Sequence record: SRR20825006_124
Reading direction: 5' to 3' (one strand)
DNA length: 34,704 nt
The notes below the pieces were generated by a model. The model was given only the letters and a program-made list of their open reading frames with translations, did not search any database and was not told the DNA's origin. Every line of letters begins with the position of its first letter. The stretch's first letter is position 1. The translations under genes and the position numbers were made by a program. Positions 18,060 through 28,067 of the stretch are shown piece after piece.

Positions 18060-18808
18060 TAGTTCTCTAAGGTATACAGGATAGGTTTACTTGGCGCAGC
18101 ATCATTCTCAAAAGAGGTGATCTGCAAATTGAGGATATAGCTACCGTCTTTAACCGTATGAGGCACGTAGATCATTTCGGTGATTGTAGCGTCAAAACGT
18201 ATTTTCCCACCGGTATACCACCAGGCCTTATGACTGGCTAAAACGCCTTCATCGCGCTCACGATCTACACTAGGCAGATCTATAAGCAAATGCTTCACGC
18301 CACACTCTTTTATGTAAGCGGTTGCATCTGCCATAAGGTAGGGCCAATTAGTGTGCGACCATTTTCTGCTTTTTTTACTGCTCGTATTAGGCAACGTACG
18401 TATTACCAGCGCTTCGGGAGTTTTTGATGCCAAAGCTTTTGCTACTTGTTTTTTAGTAAACACTAAATCGTCTGCAAACGACTCCGGCACTAAAGTGATC
18501 ACTTCCGCAGTAAACATAAATGTTTTTAAATGCTCATTGATGCTGTGAACCTTTTCGGTGATGTGCCCTACACACTCGGTATGTGTGCCGTGCGCGTGCG
18601 GATTGAGATACACATTATTAAAATTCACCACAGATCCCTGTGCTACAGCTGCCACCCATTTACCTTCTTTTACCGGTTCTATTTTTGGAGCCTCCAAATA
18701 CCAGGCAACGGGATTTTCTTCACCGCTAATCACAGGTATGCTCAGGTCTATGGGTTTTGAAAAGTCTACGGAATATTCAGTCTGGTTTATAGTAATTTTC
18801 GCTTGCAT
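18059..18808 (-). CDS. Cyclase family metal-dependent hydrolase (kynurenine formamidase-like)
   Basis: HAHGTHTECVGH motif, LIDLPSVD, H..W, ITE and DAAPSKP; stop overlaps the next start (TAATG). Confidence 0.82.
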   Translation of the reverse strand: MQAKITINQTEYSVDFSKPIDLSIPVISGEENPVAWYLEAPKIEPVKEGKWVAAVAQGSVVNFNNVYLNPHAHGTHTECVGHITEKVHSINEHLKTFMFTAEVITLVPESFADDLVFTKKQVAKALASKTPEALVIRTLPNTSSKKSRKWSHTNWPYLMADATAYIKECGVKHLLIDLPSVDRERDEGVLASHKAWWYTGGKIRFDATITEMIYVPHTVKDGSYILNLQITSFENDAAPSKPILYTLEN

Positions 18809-18871
18809 AGGCTTGTTCTGGCTGGTTCACCTGAATAAGTTACTATTTTCGCAGATTGTTACAGTAAAATC

Positions 18872-20002
18872 TCAGGAAAGATTGAGTATAAATAAGTCAC
18901 TCGCCAGACCATCACTTAAAAACTTTCCTTTTTTAGTCACCACAATGCGGTCATCATCTAAAAACAGTAGATGTTCCTCAATATGCTTTTGCGCTTGCTG
19001 CAACACATAGGTTCTAAATTTTAACCCGAAATCCTTCTCGATCTTTTCTAGCGAAACTCCCCAAATTGTGCGCAACCCCGTCATCACATACTCGTTATAC
19101 TTATCTGTAGTTGAAAGGGTTTCTCGTTCTATCGGAAGCGTATCTGCGGCGATGGCTTTTATGTATTTAGGGTTGTTATTGATATTCCAGCTGCGCGTAT
19201 TTCCGTCAAAGCTGTGCGCAGAAGGGCCAATTCCTAAATACGGTTTTCCCGTCCAGTACGCCGTGTTGTTCTGAGAGAAATAGCCCGGCTTACCGAAATT
19301 GGAAAACTCATAATTCTCAAAACCGGCTTTCTCCATGTGTGCGAGTAAAATTTCAAAATGCTTTTGAGCAACAGCGTCGTCCACAGGTTTTACTACGCCT
19401 TTTTCAATAAACTTTTGGAGCGCCGTATTGGGCTCTACCGTCAATGCATAACTCGATATATGCGGAATACTCAGTGCAAGGGCTTGATCTAGATTTTCTT
19501 GCCAACGCGCATCGCTCATATCAGGCATTCCGTAAATAAGGTCTATCGAAATATTATCAAAATACTGCTTCGCAAGTTGCAAACAGCGTAAAGCTTCATT
19601 GGCATTGTGTGCGCGATTCATCAACTTGAGATCTTCTTCAAAAAAAGACTGCACCCCAATACTGAGTCGGTTAATGCGAGAAGCTGCAAGCATTATAAGT
19701 TTAGCTTCGGTAAGGTCATCAGGATTGGCTTCAAGCGTGATCTCCGGTGCTTCTAGTACCTTAAAATGATCATCAATAGTGTTGAAAATCTGCTGAAGAT
19801 CTTCAGCGTCTAATAAACTAGGCGTACCTCCACCAAAATAAATAGTTTGCAATGGCCCGGGGATTTCCTCCTTCCGTAGAACCATTTCTTTGCATAACGC
19901 ATTGACGAGTTCGCTTTTCTTTTTTAACGACGTCGAAAAATGAAAATCACAATAGTGACACGCCTGTTTGCAAAAAGGAATATGAATGTAAAGCCCCGCC
20001 AT
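18872..20002 (-). CDS. hemW: Radical SAM heme chaperone HemW (HemN-like)
   Basis: YIHIPFCKQACHYCDF (CxxxCxxC), YFGGGTPS, EANP, RLSIGVQS, YEFSNF and YLGIGPSAHS; lacks the HemN N-terminal extension. Confidence 0.9.
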   Translation of the reverse strand: MAGLYIHIPFCKQACHYCDFHFSTSLKKKSELVNALCKEMVLRKEEIPGPLQTIYFGGGTPSLLDAEDLQQIFNTIDDHFKVLEAPEITLEANPDDLTEAKLIMLAASRINRLSIGVQSFFEEDLKLMNRAHNANEALRCLQLAKQYFDNISIDLIYGMPDMSDARWQENLDQALALSIPHISSYALTVEPNTALQKFIEKGVVKPVDDAVAQKHFEILLAHMEKAGFENYEFSNFGKPGYFSQNNTAYWTGKPYLGIGPSAHSFDGNTRSWNINNNPKYIKAIAADTLPIERETLSTTDKYNEYVMTGLRTIWGVSLEKIEKDFGLKFRTYVLQQAQKHIEEHLLFLDDDRIVVTKKGKFLSDGLASDLFILNLS

Positions 20003-20014
20003 AACTACTAATCG

Positions 20015-20569
20015 CTACTTTTTTACACGCTTTTCATTCTGCTTTACAAAAGCCTCCCAACCGGTGTAACTTTTGCCGGCAACGGTTTTCCCGGAGTTGA
20101 AATGGTGGCACACCGCAGCGGCAAGACCATCTGTACTATCTAAATTTTTAGGTAATTTTTTTAAACCCAAAAGGCTTTGTAGCATTTTTGCTACCTGTTC
20201 TTTACTGGCGTTTCCGTTACCGGTAATCGCCATTTTTATTTTCTTAGGAAGATATTCGGTCACCGGAATTTGGCGTGACAAGCCCGCAGCCATCGCAACG
20301 CCTTGCGCACGTCCCAGTTTTAACATCGACTGTACATTTTTACCAAAAAATGGCGCTTCGATCGCCATCTCATCAGGATGATAGGTATCAATCAGCTCCA
20401 CCGTACGCTCAAAAATAAGTTTCAGCTTCACATAAGGATCGTCATATTTTTTTAGCATCAACTCGTTAAGCTGCATAAACTGCATCTTTTTATCAACCAC
20501 TTTGATCAGGCCAAAACCCATAATGGTCGTCCCGGGATCGATTCCTAAAATGATTTTTTCTGATTTCAA
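20015..20569 (-). CDS. ruvC: Holliday junction resolvase RuvC
   Basis: ILGIDPG, AIEAPF, LGRAQG, KMAITGNGNASKEQV and DSTDGLAAA; TTG start. Confidence 0.95.
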   Translation of the reverse strand: MKSEKIILGIDPGTTIMGFGLIKVVDKKMQFMQLNELMLKKYDDPYVKLKLIFERTVELIDTYHPDEMAIEAPFFGKNVQSMLKLGRAQGVAMAAGLSRQIPVTEYLPKKIKMAITGNGNASKEQVAKMLQSLLGLKKLPKNLDSTDGLAAAVCHHFNSGKTVAGKSYTGWEAFVKQNEKRVKK

Positions 20570-20601
20570 GCGCTAATTTTTTTACATCTTTGAAGCTTTC
20601 G

Positions 20602-20609
20602 CAAAGCTA
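20602..20609 (-). promoter_or_regulatory. -7 promoter element for the ruvC gene run
   Basis: TAGCTTTG on the minus strand 32 nt upstream of ruvC. Confidence 0.55.
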
Positions 20610-20621
20610 AACATTATAAGC

Positions 20622-21731
20622 GTGATCCTTGTTGCAGCCTTCATAATCCTATACACAATTCTCATTGCCGCGCTTTGTGTTGGTTTTTTTAGATGGAAAC
20701 CATTTTCACCTGAACAGGTTTCTACTGAAAATCACACCTGCTTTTCGGTGATTATTCCGTTTAGAAATGAAGCCAAACACCTTCAGGCGTTATTAGAATC
20801 TTTAAATAATCTGAATTACGACAAACAACATTTTGAGGTACTTTTAGTCAACGATGCTTCTACCGATGCTTCTTTAGCAGTGATTGAAGCATTCCAGAAC
20901 ACGAGCAAGTTGCACATAAAAGTTTTAGACAATGAGCGCTTTTCGGCTTCTCCAAAAAAAGACGCGCTTACCAAAGGAATCTCACAAGCCAAATTTGAGT
21001 GGATCATTACCACCGATGCAGATTGTACGGTTGCTCCAGGCTGGTTAGCTGTTTATAATCAAGCCATAATTCAAAATTCTGTATTGCAATTTATCGCCGG
21101 ACCAGTACTTTTTTCAAATGCAAAAAACAGTCTTCTGGGGAGCTTTCAGCAATTAGATTTTTTAAGTCTGCAAGGCGCGACGATAGGCAGTTTTGGTTTA
21201 GGCCAGGCCTTTATGTGTAACGGTGCCAATCTTGCTTTTGCTAAAACTCAATTTCAGCAGTTGAACGGATATCAAAACACAGATCACATCGCCAGTGGAG
21301 ATGATGTATTTCTAATGCAAAAATTCATTAAAAATGATGCTAAGCAGGTAGAATATTTAAAAACTTCAAAAGCTTTGGTGATTACAGCGCCTCAACCGAA
21401 TTTAACTGCACTTATTGCCCAGCGAAAAAGGTGGGCCGCAAAGGCCAGTGCCTATACCAGTGCATTTGCGGTTTTAACCGCAATGGTTGTTTTCACAGGA
21501 AACCTTGCCGTTTTGTTACTTCCTTTTTATGCCTCAGCAGGATGGTTTTTACTTTTAAAAGTTGGTATTGATGTGGTTCTAATCACACAAACAGCTCTTG
21601 AATTCAATCAAAAAAAACCGCTGTGGCATTTGATTTGGGTTGTTTTTGTATATCCCATTTTTACAGTGTTTATAGCACTTGCAAGTCAAACAGGAAGCTT
21701 TGTATGGAAAGGGCGTACTTTTAAAAAGTGA
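20622..21731 (+). CDS. Membrane glycosyltransferase family 2
   Basis: SVIIPFRNE, VNDASTD, TDAD (DxD), CNGANL, GDD and QRKRW; N- and C-terminal TM helices. Confidence 0.9.
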   Translation: MILVAAFIILYTILIAALCVGFFRWKPFSPEQVSTENHTCFSVIIPFRNEAKHLQALLESLNNLNYDKQHFEVLLVNDASTDASLAVIEAFQNTSKLHIKVLDNERFSASPKKDALTKGISQAKFEWIITTDADCTVAPGWLAVYNQAIIQNSVLQFIAGPVLFSNAKNSLLGSFQQLDFLSLQGATIGSFGLGQAFMCNGANLAFAKTQFQQLNGYQNTDHIASGDDVFLMQKFIKNDAKQVEYLKTSKALVITAPQPNLTALIAQRKRWAAKASAYTSAFAVLTAMVVFTGNLAVLLLPFYASAGWFLLLKVGIDVVLITQTALEFNQKKPLWHLIWVVFVYPIFTVFIALASQTGSFVWKGRTFKK

Positions 21732-21733
21732 GA

Positions 21734-22213
21734 TCAGTCCACCTTGACAACCACGGGCATTTTAAAAGTAGTTTTTACAGGAATACCGCGCTTATTTGCT
21801 GCGGAAATACGAGGTAAAGAGTCCAGACTATCTTTAAGCCAGCGTTCTAATTCAGGGAGTTGTACGGCAATGGTATCTGGTATTTCAGCACGGTCGATAT
21901 TCAGGTTTCCTACTTCAGAAATACTTAAATACAACCAAATCGTATCGTTTAATTCTGACTCAACGATCACCATTTTATTGGAAAGCTGTCGTTGAAAGTT
22001 AAGCGCCAATTCGGTTTTAAAGCACTGATATCTTGCATTTTGATCCTCTAACGTATCGCAACTCGCAAAAGAGGGATATTCATCGACCTCGCTCATATTG
22101 ATCGCCTTGAGTTCTTCTTCTGCCAAAACCTCTGAAGACACTTTTTTGGTCTCAAGGTCTTTACAGCCTGTTACGCAAACGGCAATCGCCAAAAGAACTA
22201 GAAATCTAAACAT
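21734..22213 (-). CDS. Hypothetical lipoprotein with a TonB C-terminal-like domain
   Basis: Lipobox VTGC; VDEYPSF..C......C and ANKRGIPVKTTFKMPV resemble flavobacterial TonB_C-like proteins. Confidence 0.6.
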   Translation of the reverse strand: MFRFLVLLAIAVCVTGCKDLETKKVSSEVLAEEELKAINMSEVDEYPSFASCDTLEDQNARYQCFKTELALNFQRQLSNKMVIVESELNDTIWLYLSISEVGNLNIDRAEIPDTIAVQLPELERWLKDSLDSLPRISAANKRGIPVKTTFKMPVVVKVD

Positions 22214-22279
22214 GTAACATCTCGAAAATCTTGCACAAAGATGTGAAAACGTGCGGTATAAAACTAAACAATATCTGTT

Positions 22280-23386
22280 TTAAAAACGATATCCCAAGCT
22301 AAATTCTACGCCTTCGGCCTTTGCACCGTGTGCTTTTACCGTTACCGCGGCAAAAACATCATCGGTAAAATAACGCTTCAACCCCAGGCGGTTATACAAT
22401 CGGTTTTCAAACTCGTAAGGATAATAAATATAATACCCCAAATGCGAAACAAACGCAACCTTATTAAAGCGCAGCTCGTGCCCGATAAAAAGCCCAACCC
22501 GTTTCCAATCTTCATCGCCGCTCACGCCCAACTCAGGGAACGATGCAGCCTGAAGCTTGATCAGCTCTTTAAAGAAATAGGCAAAAAATACATCTGTACC
22601 GGCAACCAGCGTGCTTTTGTGATTGATGCGTTTATCTGCAAATGCTGAAACCACAAAAAATGGAAACTGCCCCTGCCCTACAATATCGCTTTCATTAGCA
22701 CCGCCACGCAAAACCAAATTATAATGAACAGGCTCTGTAAATTTTGTACGCTCACCTTCTGGAATATAATCAGGAAATTCCTCGTAATCGAGATTGTAAT
22801 TGACACCAACGTTAAAGGCAAACGTATTAGTACTATTATTAGGCGCGCGCAAGTTTGCATTGCTATAATGAATGATCGTAAAACCCGTATTTAAGCCAAA
22901 TCCTTTGTACAAATTCTGCTTGTTGTATTGAAGCGCTATGTACGTTGAGCTAAGTAATTTTGTTCCGTAAGCGTTGTTGATGTAATTGGTTTCAGGATCG
23001 TACGGGCTGCCGGCAATAGCAACACCCTGACCAATCCTAAAATACGCATTTCGATTTAAAAAATAGAAATTGAAATGCCCATAGAAGCTTATATTCTCGC
23101 CCAAATATTCATTATGCAGATCTTGATAGACCATTGAAAATCCCCAATCAGGATAATTATAACGACGCTCCCATTCATTAAATCCGTAAGTTTTTCGGTT
23201 GTAACTTAAAATAAAACCTGTAGGATGCCCCGTGATCAAATGATTGATATCAGGATTATGCTCAAGGATGCTTCCGTAGAAAAAAGAAGCATCTAGCGAA
23301 ACCGGCTTTTTTTCTTCAGTAAAGTCTCGTTCTTGCGCACTAAGGCCAAAAGAAAACATCAGGACAGCAAGAAAAAGAATTCTCAT
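22280..23386 (-). CDS. Acyloxyacyl hydrolase / PagL-like outer-membrane beta-barrel (copy 1)
   Basis: Signal peptide LSA-Q, HYSNA (PagL-type HxSN motif), aromatic-rich strands and C-terminal LGYRF. Confidence 0.75.
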   Translation of the reverse strand: MRILFLAVLMFSFGLSAQERDFTEEKKPVSLDASFFYGSILEHNPDINHLITGHPTGFILSYNRKTYGFNEWERRYNYPDWGFSMVYQDLHNEYLGENISFYGHFNFYFLNRNAYFRIGQGVAIAGSPYDPETNYINNAYGTKLLSSTYIALQYNKQNLYKGFGLNTGFTIIHYSNANLRAPNNSTNTFAFNVGVNYNLDYEEFPDYIPEGERTKFTEPVHYNLVLRGGANESDIVGQGQFPFFVVSAFADKRINHKSTLVAGTDVFFAYFFKELIKLQAASFPELGVSGDEDWKRVGLFIGHELRFNKVAFVSHLGYYIYYPYEFENRLYNRLGLKRYFTDDVFAAVTVKAHGAKAEGVEFSLGYRF

Positions 23387-23392
23387 AAAACG

Positions 23393-24145
23393 TTAATCTT
23401 CAAAAATTAATCGGCCCGTGTAGCGCTCTTCAACGTCTACTATTGGCGGGCGATTTACTGCGATCACATCACCGGTACCCGTGATAACTCCGGTTAAACT
23501 TTGCTGCGGATTCACGATCATTTTATTAGGAGCGCGGTGATAAATATCAATATTCTGAACCACAAAATCCCGACCTTCAAAACGCGGATTCTCATTTTGG
23601 AACCCTAGATTCATATTTTCAGCTTTTCCGGTCATATAAAACACACTTTTACCATTGGCATCAATGCGTAAATTTTCGGTATCCAGATCTAAGTGAAACT
23701 CCCCGTTCTTTCGTAAAATCACATCAAGTTTGATCGAAGTATTGCTCACCAAATACAGTTCAGGAAACACTAAAGTCCCGTCGCTATAAATCTCTCTTGA
23801 AGAATTATGACGAATTTCGGTAAGGTTAGGCACGGTTACAAAAACCTCAAAATTGCCATACTCACGCACCAGATTGCAGCGGTTATCATTGCGCAACACT
23901 AAAACCCCATTTTGCACTTCAATGAGTGCCTCGTTTACCAGATTTTTACCGGTGCGTAACAGCACTTTATACTCCTCGCCCTGTTTGATGTGTACGATCA
24001 CTTCAGCCTCGGCTCTTAGCTTTGTAAACTCAGGAACTTCGTATTCAACTTCCACCGTCTCGCCAGAAGTCTGAAAGCAATCTTCGGCATTTTCAGAATT
24101 ACACGAAATAAGCACTATAAACAGCGCTAAAATGATCTTTTGCAT
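23393..24145 (-). CDS. Head GIN domain (DUF2807) lipoprotein
   Basis: Lipobox LISC, EFTKL..V.IKQG, NGVLVL, beta-helix-like repeats and C-terminal ITGTGDV...G.L. Confidence 0.75.
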   Translation of the reverse strand: MQKIILALFIVLISCNSENAEDCFQTSGETVEVEYEVPEFTKLRAEAEVIVHIKQGEEYKVLLRTGKNLVNEALIEVQNGVLVLRNDNRCNLVREYGNFEVFVTVPNLTEIRHNSSREIYSDGTLVFPELYLVSNTSIKLDVILRKNGEFHLDLDTENLRIDANGKSVFYMTGKAENMNLGFQNENPRFEGRDFVVQNIDIYHRAPNKMIVNPQQSLTGVITGTGDVIAVNRPPIVDVEERYTGRLIFED

Positions 24146-24286
24146 GTATCAACAACTTTTGTGAGCAAATTACGGCAAAAAGAAGCAGAACCCCGCATTT
24201 ATATTTTAAGCGCAAAAATAAAATGAGAATATAAACCCGCCTTTTAGGAGATTTATTGAAATTTGGCGCTGTAAATAGTTTTTATT

Positions 24287-25912
24287 TTGACGAAAAAATT
24301 CTACTTCGTTTTAGCCTCGATCTTTATCGTGATGCTCGTAGGCATCAGCCAGGGCGGACTCACAGAAAGCAGTGAAGCTCGCTATGCCGAAATTGGCAGA
24401 GAGATGGCACTAAGCAACGATTTTTTGCATCCTAGAATGTTAGGAATAGGCCATTATCATAAACCTCCCGTTACCTATGCGATAACGGCTCTTGGTTATA
24501 AAATCTTTGGTTTTAATGAATTTGGAGCACGCTTTTTTTTAGCGGTCGCATTACTGCTTCAGTTGTTGCTTGTTTATAAAATGGGTAAACTTTGGTTTGA
24601 AGATCGCAAAACCGGAATTTTTGCCGCGCTGATCTATTTTACCTTTCCTATTGTACTCGCAAGTGTTTTAAACCTTACAACAGACGCCTATCTAAATACC
24701 TTTATTTTATCAAGTATTTGCTGCTTTCTGGTTGTCAAACTCAAGAAGAAAAAAAGCTTTTTATATCTAGGATATGCGCTTCTAGGGATCGCATTTCTAA
24801 TCAAAGGTCCGGTGGCATTTTTACCCGTCGCCCTATTTATGATCTGTTATAAAATAAGCACAAAAGAGCCGATAAAACCTTCTAAACACACGGTTTTAGG
24901 CATCCTTTTATTATTGGGTATTTCTGCATCTTGGTTTATCGCTATTGTTTTAGAAAAACCTAATCTGCTTGATCATTTTATTGAAGATCAAATCGTAAAA
25001 CGCAGTGTTGATGCTTCGCAATTTAAACGCAGTAAACCCTTCTGGTATTACCTTGCTTTTGCGCCATTACTCTGCCTACCTTGGACTGTACCATTTGTTT
25101 ACGTACTTATCGCAAAGCGGAAGCGCTTAGCTTTCACCCCACAACTCAAAACTTTAGGATTTTCTTGTTTAGCGATTCTCCTGGTGTTCTCACTGTTTTC
25201 TTCAAAACTCATTTTTTATATTTTACCGCTGTATCCTTTACTGGCGCTACTTTTTGCCGGTGTTTACAAACAGGTCTTAGAACACGAAAAAAACTATTTT
25301 CTACTAACTTACAAAGTAGGCTTTGGAATTTTAACCGGAATGGCAATCGCATTGCTCTGTATTCCCACATTTGAATACAAAATTTGGTTTAGCATACTTG
25401 CGCTAGCAGCAATAGGAAGCTATTTCTACTGGTGGAATTTTAAAGCTAAAGCCTCAAAGAGCACACGCCTTTTTGCCTTAAGTACTGGAGCAACACTCCT
25501 TTTATTGCTGTTGTATTTCAGTTTTGCACCTCAAAACGAACTCTTATTACGCAGTTTTAAACCGCAATATGCTTTTATCGAAAAGCAAAGAAAGGACACA
25601 AAGGATTACAAAGTGATTGTCTACGATTATCGCCTACCTTCTGCGGCATTTTATTTGGGAGATCGCATCGTCACTGTGACCAACACCAATTACGAGTCGT
25701 TACGCGATACGCGATTTGAAAGAGATTCTAGCTGGACGCAATCTTACATTGATCTTAGAGATCCAAACAACTATGAGCGTTTTAAAAGCTTACTGAAAGA
25801 CTCTACAAATATTATAATCACAAAAGACCGTAGACCTATTCCTGATAGTTTAGAATATCTGACCAAGCATTTTGAGGTTGAAGAATTTGGCGACTGGCGC
25901 GTGCACTATTAA
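24287..25912 (+). CDS. ArnT / GT83-like (PMT-2) membrane glycosyltransferase
   Basis: EARYAEIGREM, HKPP, NEFGARF, KGPV, PFWYY and SKLIFYILP; many TM helices; TTG start. Confidence 0.85.
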   Translation: MTKKFYFVLASIFIVMLVGISQGGLTESSEARYAEIGREMALSNDFLHPRMLGIGHYHKPPVTYAITALGYKIFGFNEFGARFFLAVALLLQLLLVYKMGKLWFEDRKTGIFAALIYFTFPIVLASVLNLTTDAYLNTFILSSICCFLVVKLKKKKSFLYLGYALLGIAFLIKGPVAFLPVALFMICYKISTKEPIKPSKHTVLGILLLLGISASWFIAIVLEKPNLLDHFIEDQIVKRSVDASQFKRSKPFWYYLAFAPLLCLPWTVPFVYVLIAKRKRLAFTPQLKTLGFSCLAILLVFSLFSSKLIFYILPLYPLLALLFAGVYKQVLEHEKNYFLLTYKVGFGILTGMAIALLCIPTFEYKIWFSILALAAIGSYFYWWNFKAKASKSTRLFALSTGATLLLLLLYFSFAPQNELLLRSFKPQYAFIEKQRKDTKDYKVIVYDYRLPSAAFYLGDRIVTVTNTNYESLRDTRFERDSSWTQSYIDLRDPNNYERFKSLLKDSTNIIITKDRRPIPDSLEYLTKHFEVEEFGDWRVHY

Positions 25913-27000
25913 AGCCTGATCCCTATCCCAAACTCAACAGCTTCGGCTTTTGCACCGTGAGATTTTAAGGTAATCGCTCCAAAAATATTTTCGGTAAAAT
26001 GACGCTTGAGTCCGCCTCTAAAATATACGCGGCCCTCAAAATCATAATCGTAATAGGCATAATAACCAAACTGCGTCACGAAAGAGTTTTTATTAAAATG
26101 CAATTCGTGCCCTACAAAAACTCCGGCGCGCTTCCAATCTTCATCGCCTTTAGTACCGTATTGCTGGGCAAAAGCAATAGATTCATACTCGATCTGATCT
26201 TTTAAGAACGGACTCAAAAACAGATCGGCTCCTACCATTAAACTGCTTTTATGCGTTATACGCTTATCTAAGAAAGAAGAAACCACCAAAAATGAACGAC
26301 GCCCTAGACCTATATAATCACTTTCATTAACACCGGTACGCAAGGCTAAATTCCATTTTATGGGCTCAGTATATCTGCTTTTAACTTTAGGAATATATTC
26401 CGGAAACTCGTCATCATCCAATTGGTAATTCAACCCAATATTGAAGGTAAAAGAATTGGTACTCGCATTAGGAGCCCGCACATTTGCGTTAGAGTAATGT
26501 ACTAGCGTAATCCCTGTTTGCAAGCCAATACGATCAATGATATTAGGCTGCTGATAATTGAGCATCACATATGTTGAACTCAACAAAGTGGATCCGTAGG
26601 CATTATTTCTAAAGTTATCGTCAATATCAAAAGGCTTTGTGGTAAAGGCAATTCCTTGCGCAATACGCACCATCAAATGTCTGTTGAGCGCATAAAAATT
26701 AAAATGCCCGTACAAACCATAATTCTCTCCTAAATATGGATTCTTCTGATCTTGAGAAACAAAAGAAAACCCATAATCAGGATAGTTGTAGCGTGCTTCC
26801 CAATCATTAAAACCGTAAGTTCTTCGGTTGTAGGCTAAAATAAAACCCGTGGGATGCCCGGTTATGAGATGCGAAATATCTTTATTATGCTCGAGAATGC
26901 TTCCGTAGGTATAATTAAGATCAAAACTATAAGGTTTTACTTCTTCCTGGCTGTATACCGAAACAAAACACAATATGGCAACAATAAACTTGTAATTCAT
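25909..27000 (-). CDS. Acyloxyacyl hydrolase / PagL-like outer-membrane beta-barrel (copy 2)
   Basis: Full-length paralogue of 22280..23386 (shared HLITGHPTGFIL, RYNYPD, LLSSTY, HYSNAN, GDEDWKR, HGAKAE); signal peptide VYS-Q. Confidence 0.75.
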   Translation of the reverse strand: MNYKFIVAILCFVSVYSQEEVKPYSFDLNYTYGSILEHNKDISHLITGHPTGFILAYNRRTYGFNDWEARYNYPDYGFSFVSQDQKNPYLGENYGLYGHFNFYALNRHLMVRIAQGIAFTTKPFDIDDNFRNNAYGSTLLSSTYVMLNYQQPNIIDRIGLQTGITLVHYSNANVRAPNASTNSFTFNIGLNYQLDDDEFPEYIPKVKSRYTEPIKWNLALRTGVNESDYIGLGRRSFLVVSSFLDKRITHKSSLMVGADLFLSPFLKDQIEYESIAFAQQYGTKGDEDWKRAGVFVGHELHFNKNSFVTQFGYYAYYDYDFEGRVYFRGGLKRHFTENIFGAITLKSHGAKAEAVEFGIGIRL

Positions 27001-27018
27001 TCTCTAAAAGATATCCGG

Positions 27019-27026
27019 CAAATGTA
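27019..27026 (-). promoter_or_regulatory. -7 promoter element for PagL-like copy 2
   Basis: TACATTTG on the minus strand 18 nt upstream of the ATG at 27000. Confidence 0.55.
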
Positions 27027-27048
27027 TCAAATATTATGAGTATTCGAT

Positions 27049-28002
27049 CTAAAACAATTCTGAAGCAATCGCTTTAATATTATCGCTTTTACCCATAGAG
27101 TAATAATGCAACACCGGCGCACCGCCATCCATCAACTCTTTTGATTGCTGAATCGCCCATTCAATACCCACTTGACGTACATCGGTATTGGTTTTACACG
27201 CTTCAACCGCATCGATCAACTCTTGAGGCAGGTCTATTTTAAACACCTGCGGAAGCAATTGCAAATGGCGTTTTACCGCAATAGGCTTAATTCCCGGAAT
27301 GATAGGAATATCAATACCTTCTGCACGTACCAGATCTACAAATTCAAAGTATTTTTTATTATCAAAAAACATTTGAGTAACCACGTATTCTGCACCGGCC
27401 TCTACTTTTTGCTTCAGTCGTTTGAGATCGGTTTTTAGAGAAGGAGCTTCCAGATGTTTCTCAGGATACCCCGCAACACCAATGCAAAAATCAGAACAGT
27501 CTGAAGTTTCCACCATCCCGTTAAGGTAGCGGCCTTTATTCATCTCAGCAATTTGCTCTACCAATCCTAATGCATACTCGTGACCGCCCGGCGTAGGCTT
27601 AAAATATTGCTCCTCACGCATAGCATCACCACGTAACGCCATAAGGTTGTGAATGCCCAAATAATGACAATCTACCAGCAGATACTCGGTTTCTTCTTTG
27701 GTGAAACCACCGCATAACACGTGTGGCACAGTGTCAACATTATACTTATGCTTGATCGAGGCACAAATACCAATAGTTCCCGGGCGCATACGGGTCACTT
27801 TTTTATCTAACAGGCCGTCTTTCTCGATATACACAAACTCTTCGCGCGACGTGGTAACATCAATAAAGGGAGGTTTAAACTCCATCAACGGATCGATATT
27901 GTTATAAAGTTCTTGTATACTTTTTCCTTTTCTAGGCGGAATCAACTCAAAGCTAAATAACGTCTTCCCGTTTGCGTTTTTTATGTGGTCTGTAATTTTC
28001 AT
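27049..28002 (-). CDS. metF: 5,10-methylenetetrahydrofolate reductase
   Basis: FSFELIPP, ALRGD, VAGYPEKH, KVEAGAEYVVTQMFFD and PIIPGI; start is 28002 or 28008. Confidence 0.93.
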   Translation of the reverse strand: MKITDHIKNANGKTLFSFELIPPRKGKSIQELYNNIDPLMEFKPPFIDVTTSREEFVYIEKDGLLDKKVTRMRPGTIGICASIKHKYNVDTVPHVLCGGFTKEETEYLLVDCHYLGIHNLMALRGDAMREEQYFKPTPGGHEYALGLVEQIAEMNKGRYLNGMVETSDCSDFCIGVAGYPEKHLEAPSLKTDLKRLKQKVEAGAEYVVTQMFFDNKKYFEFVDLVRAEGIDIPIIPGIKPIAVKRHLQLLPQVFKIDLPQELIDAVEACKTNTDVRQVGIEWAIQQSKELMDGGAPVLHYYSMGKSDNIKAIASELF

Positions 28003-28067
28003 AAGCATCTACCTGGTCCACTTTAACGTGTTCTCAGGTTTTGTTTTGGTTGTATTAGTTGTTTTGG

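Noticed and set aside
20015-20569. RuvC as a Cas/TnpB-type nuclease
   Set aside because: It is a 184-aa canonical resolvase next to hemW; no CRISPR repeats, cas genes or transposon ends were seen.
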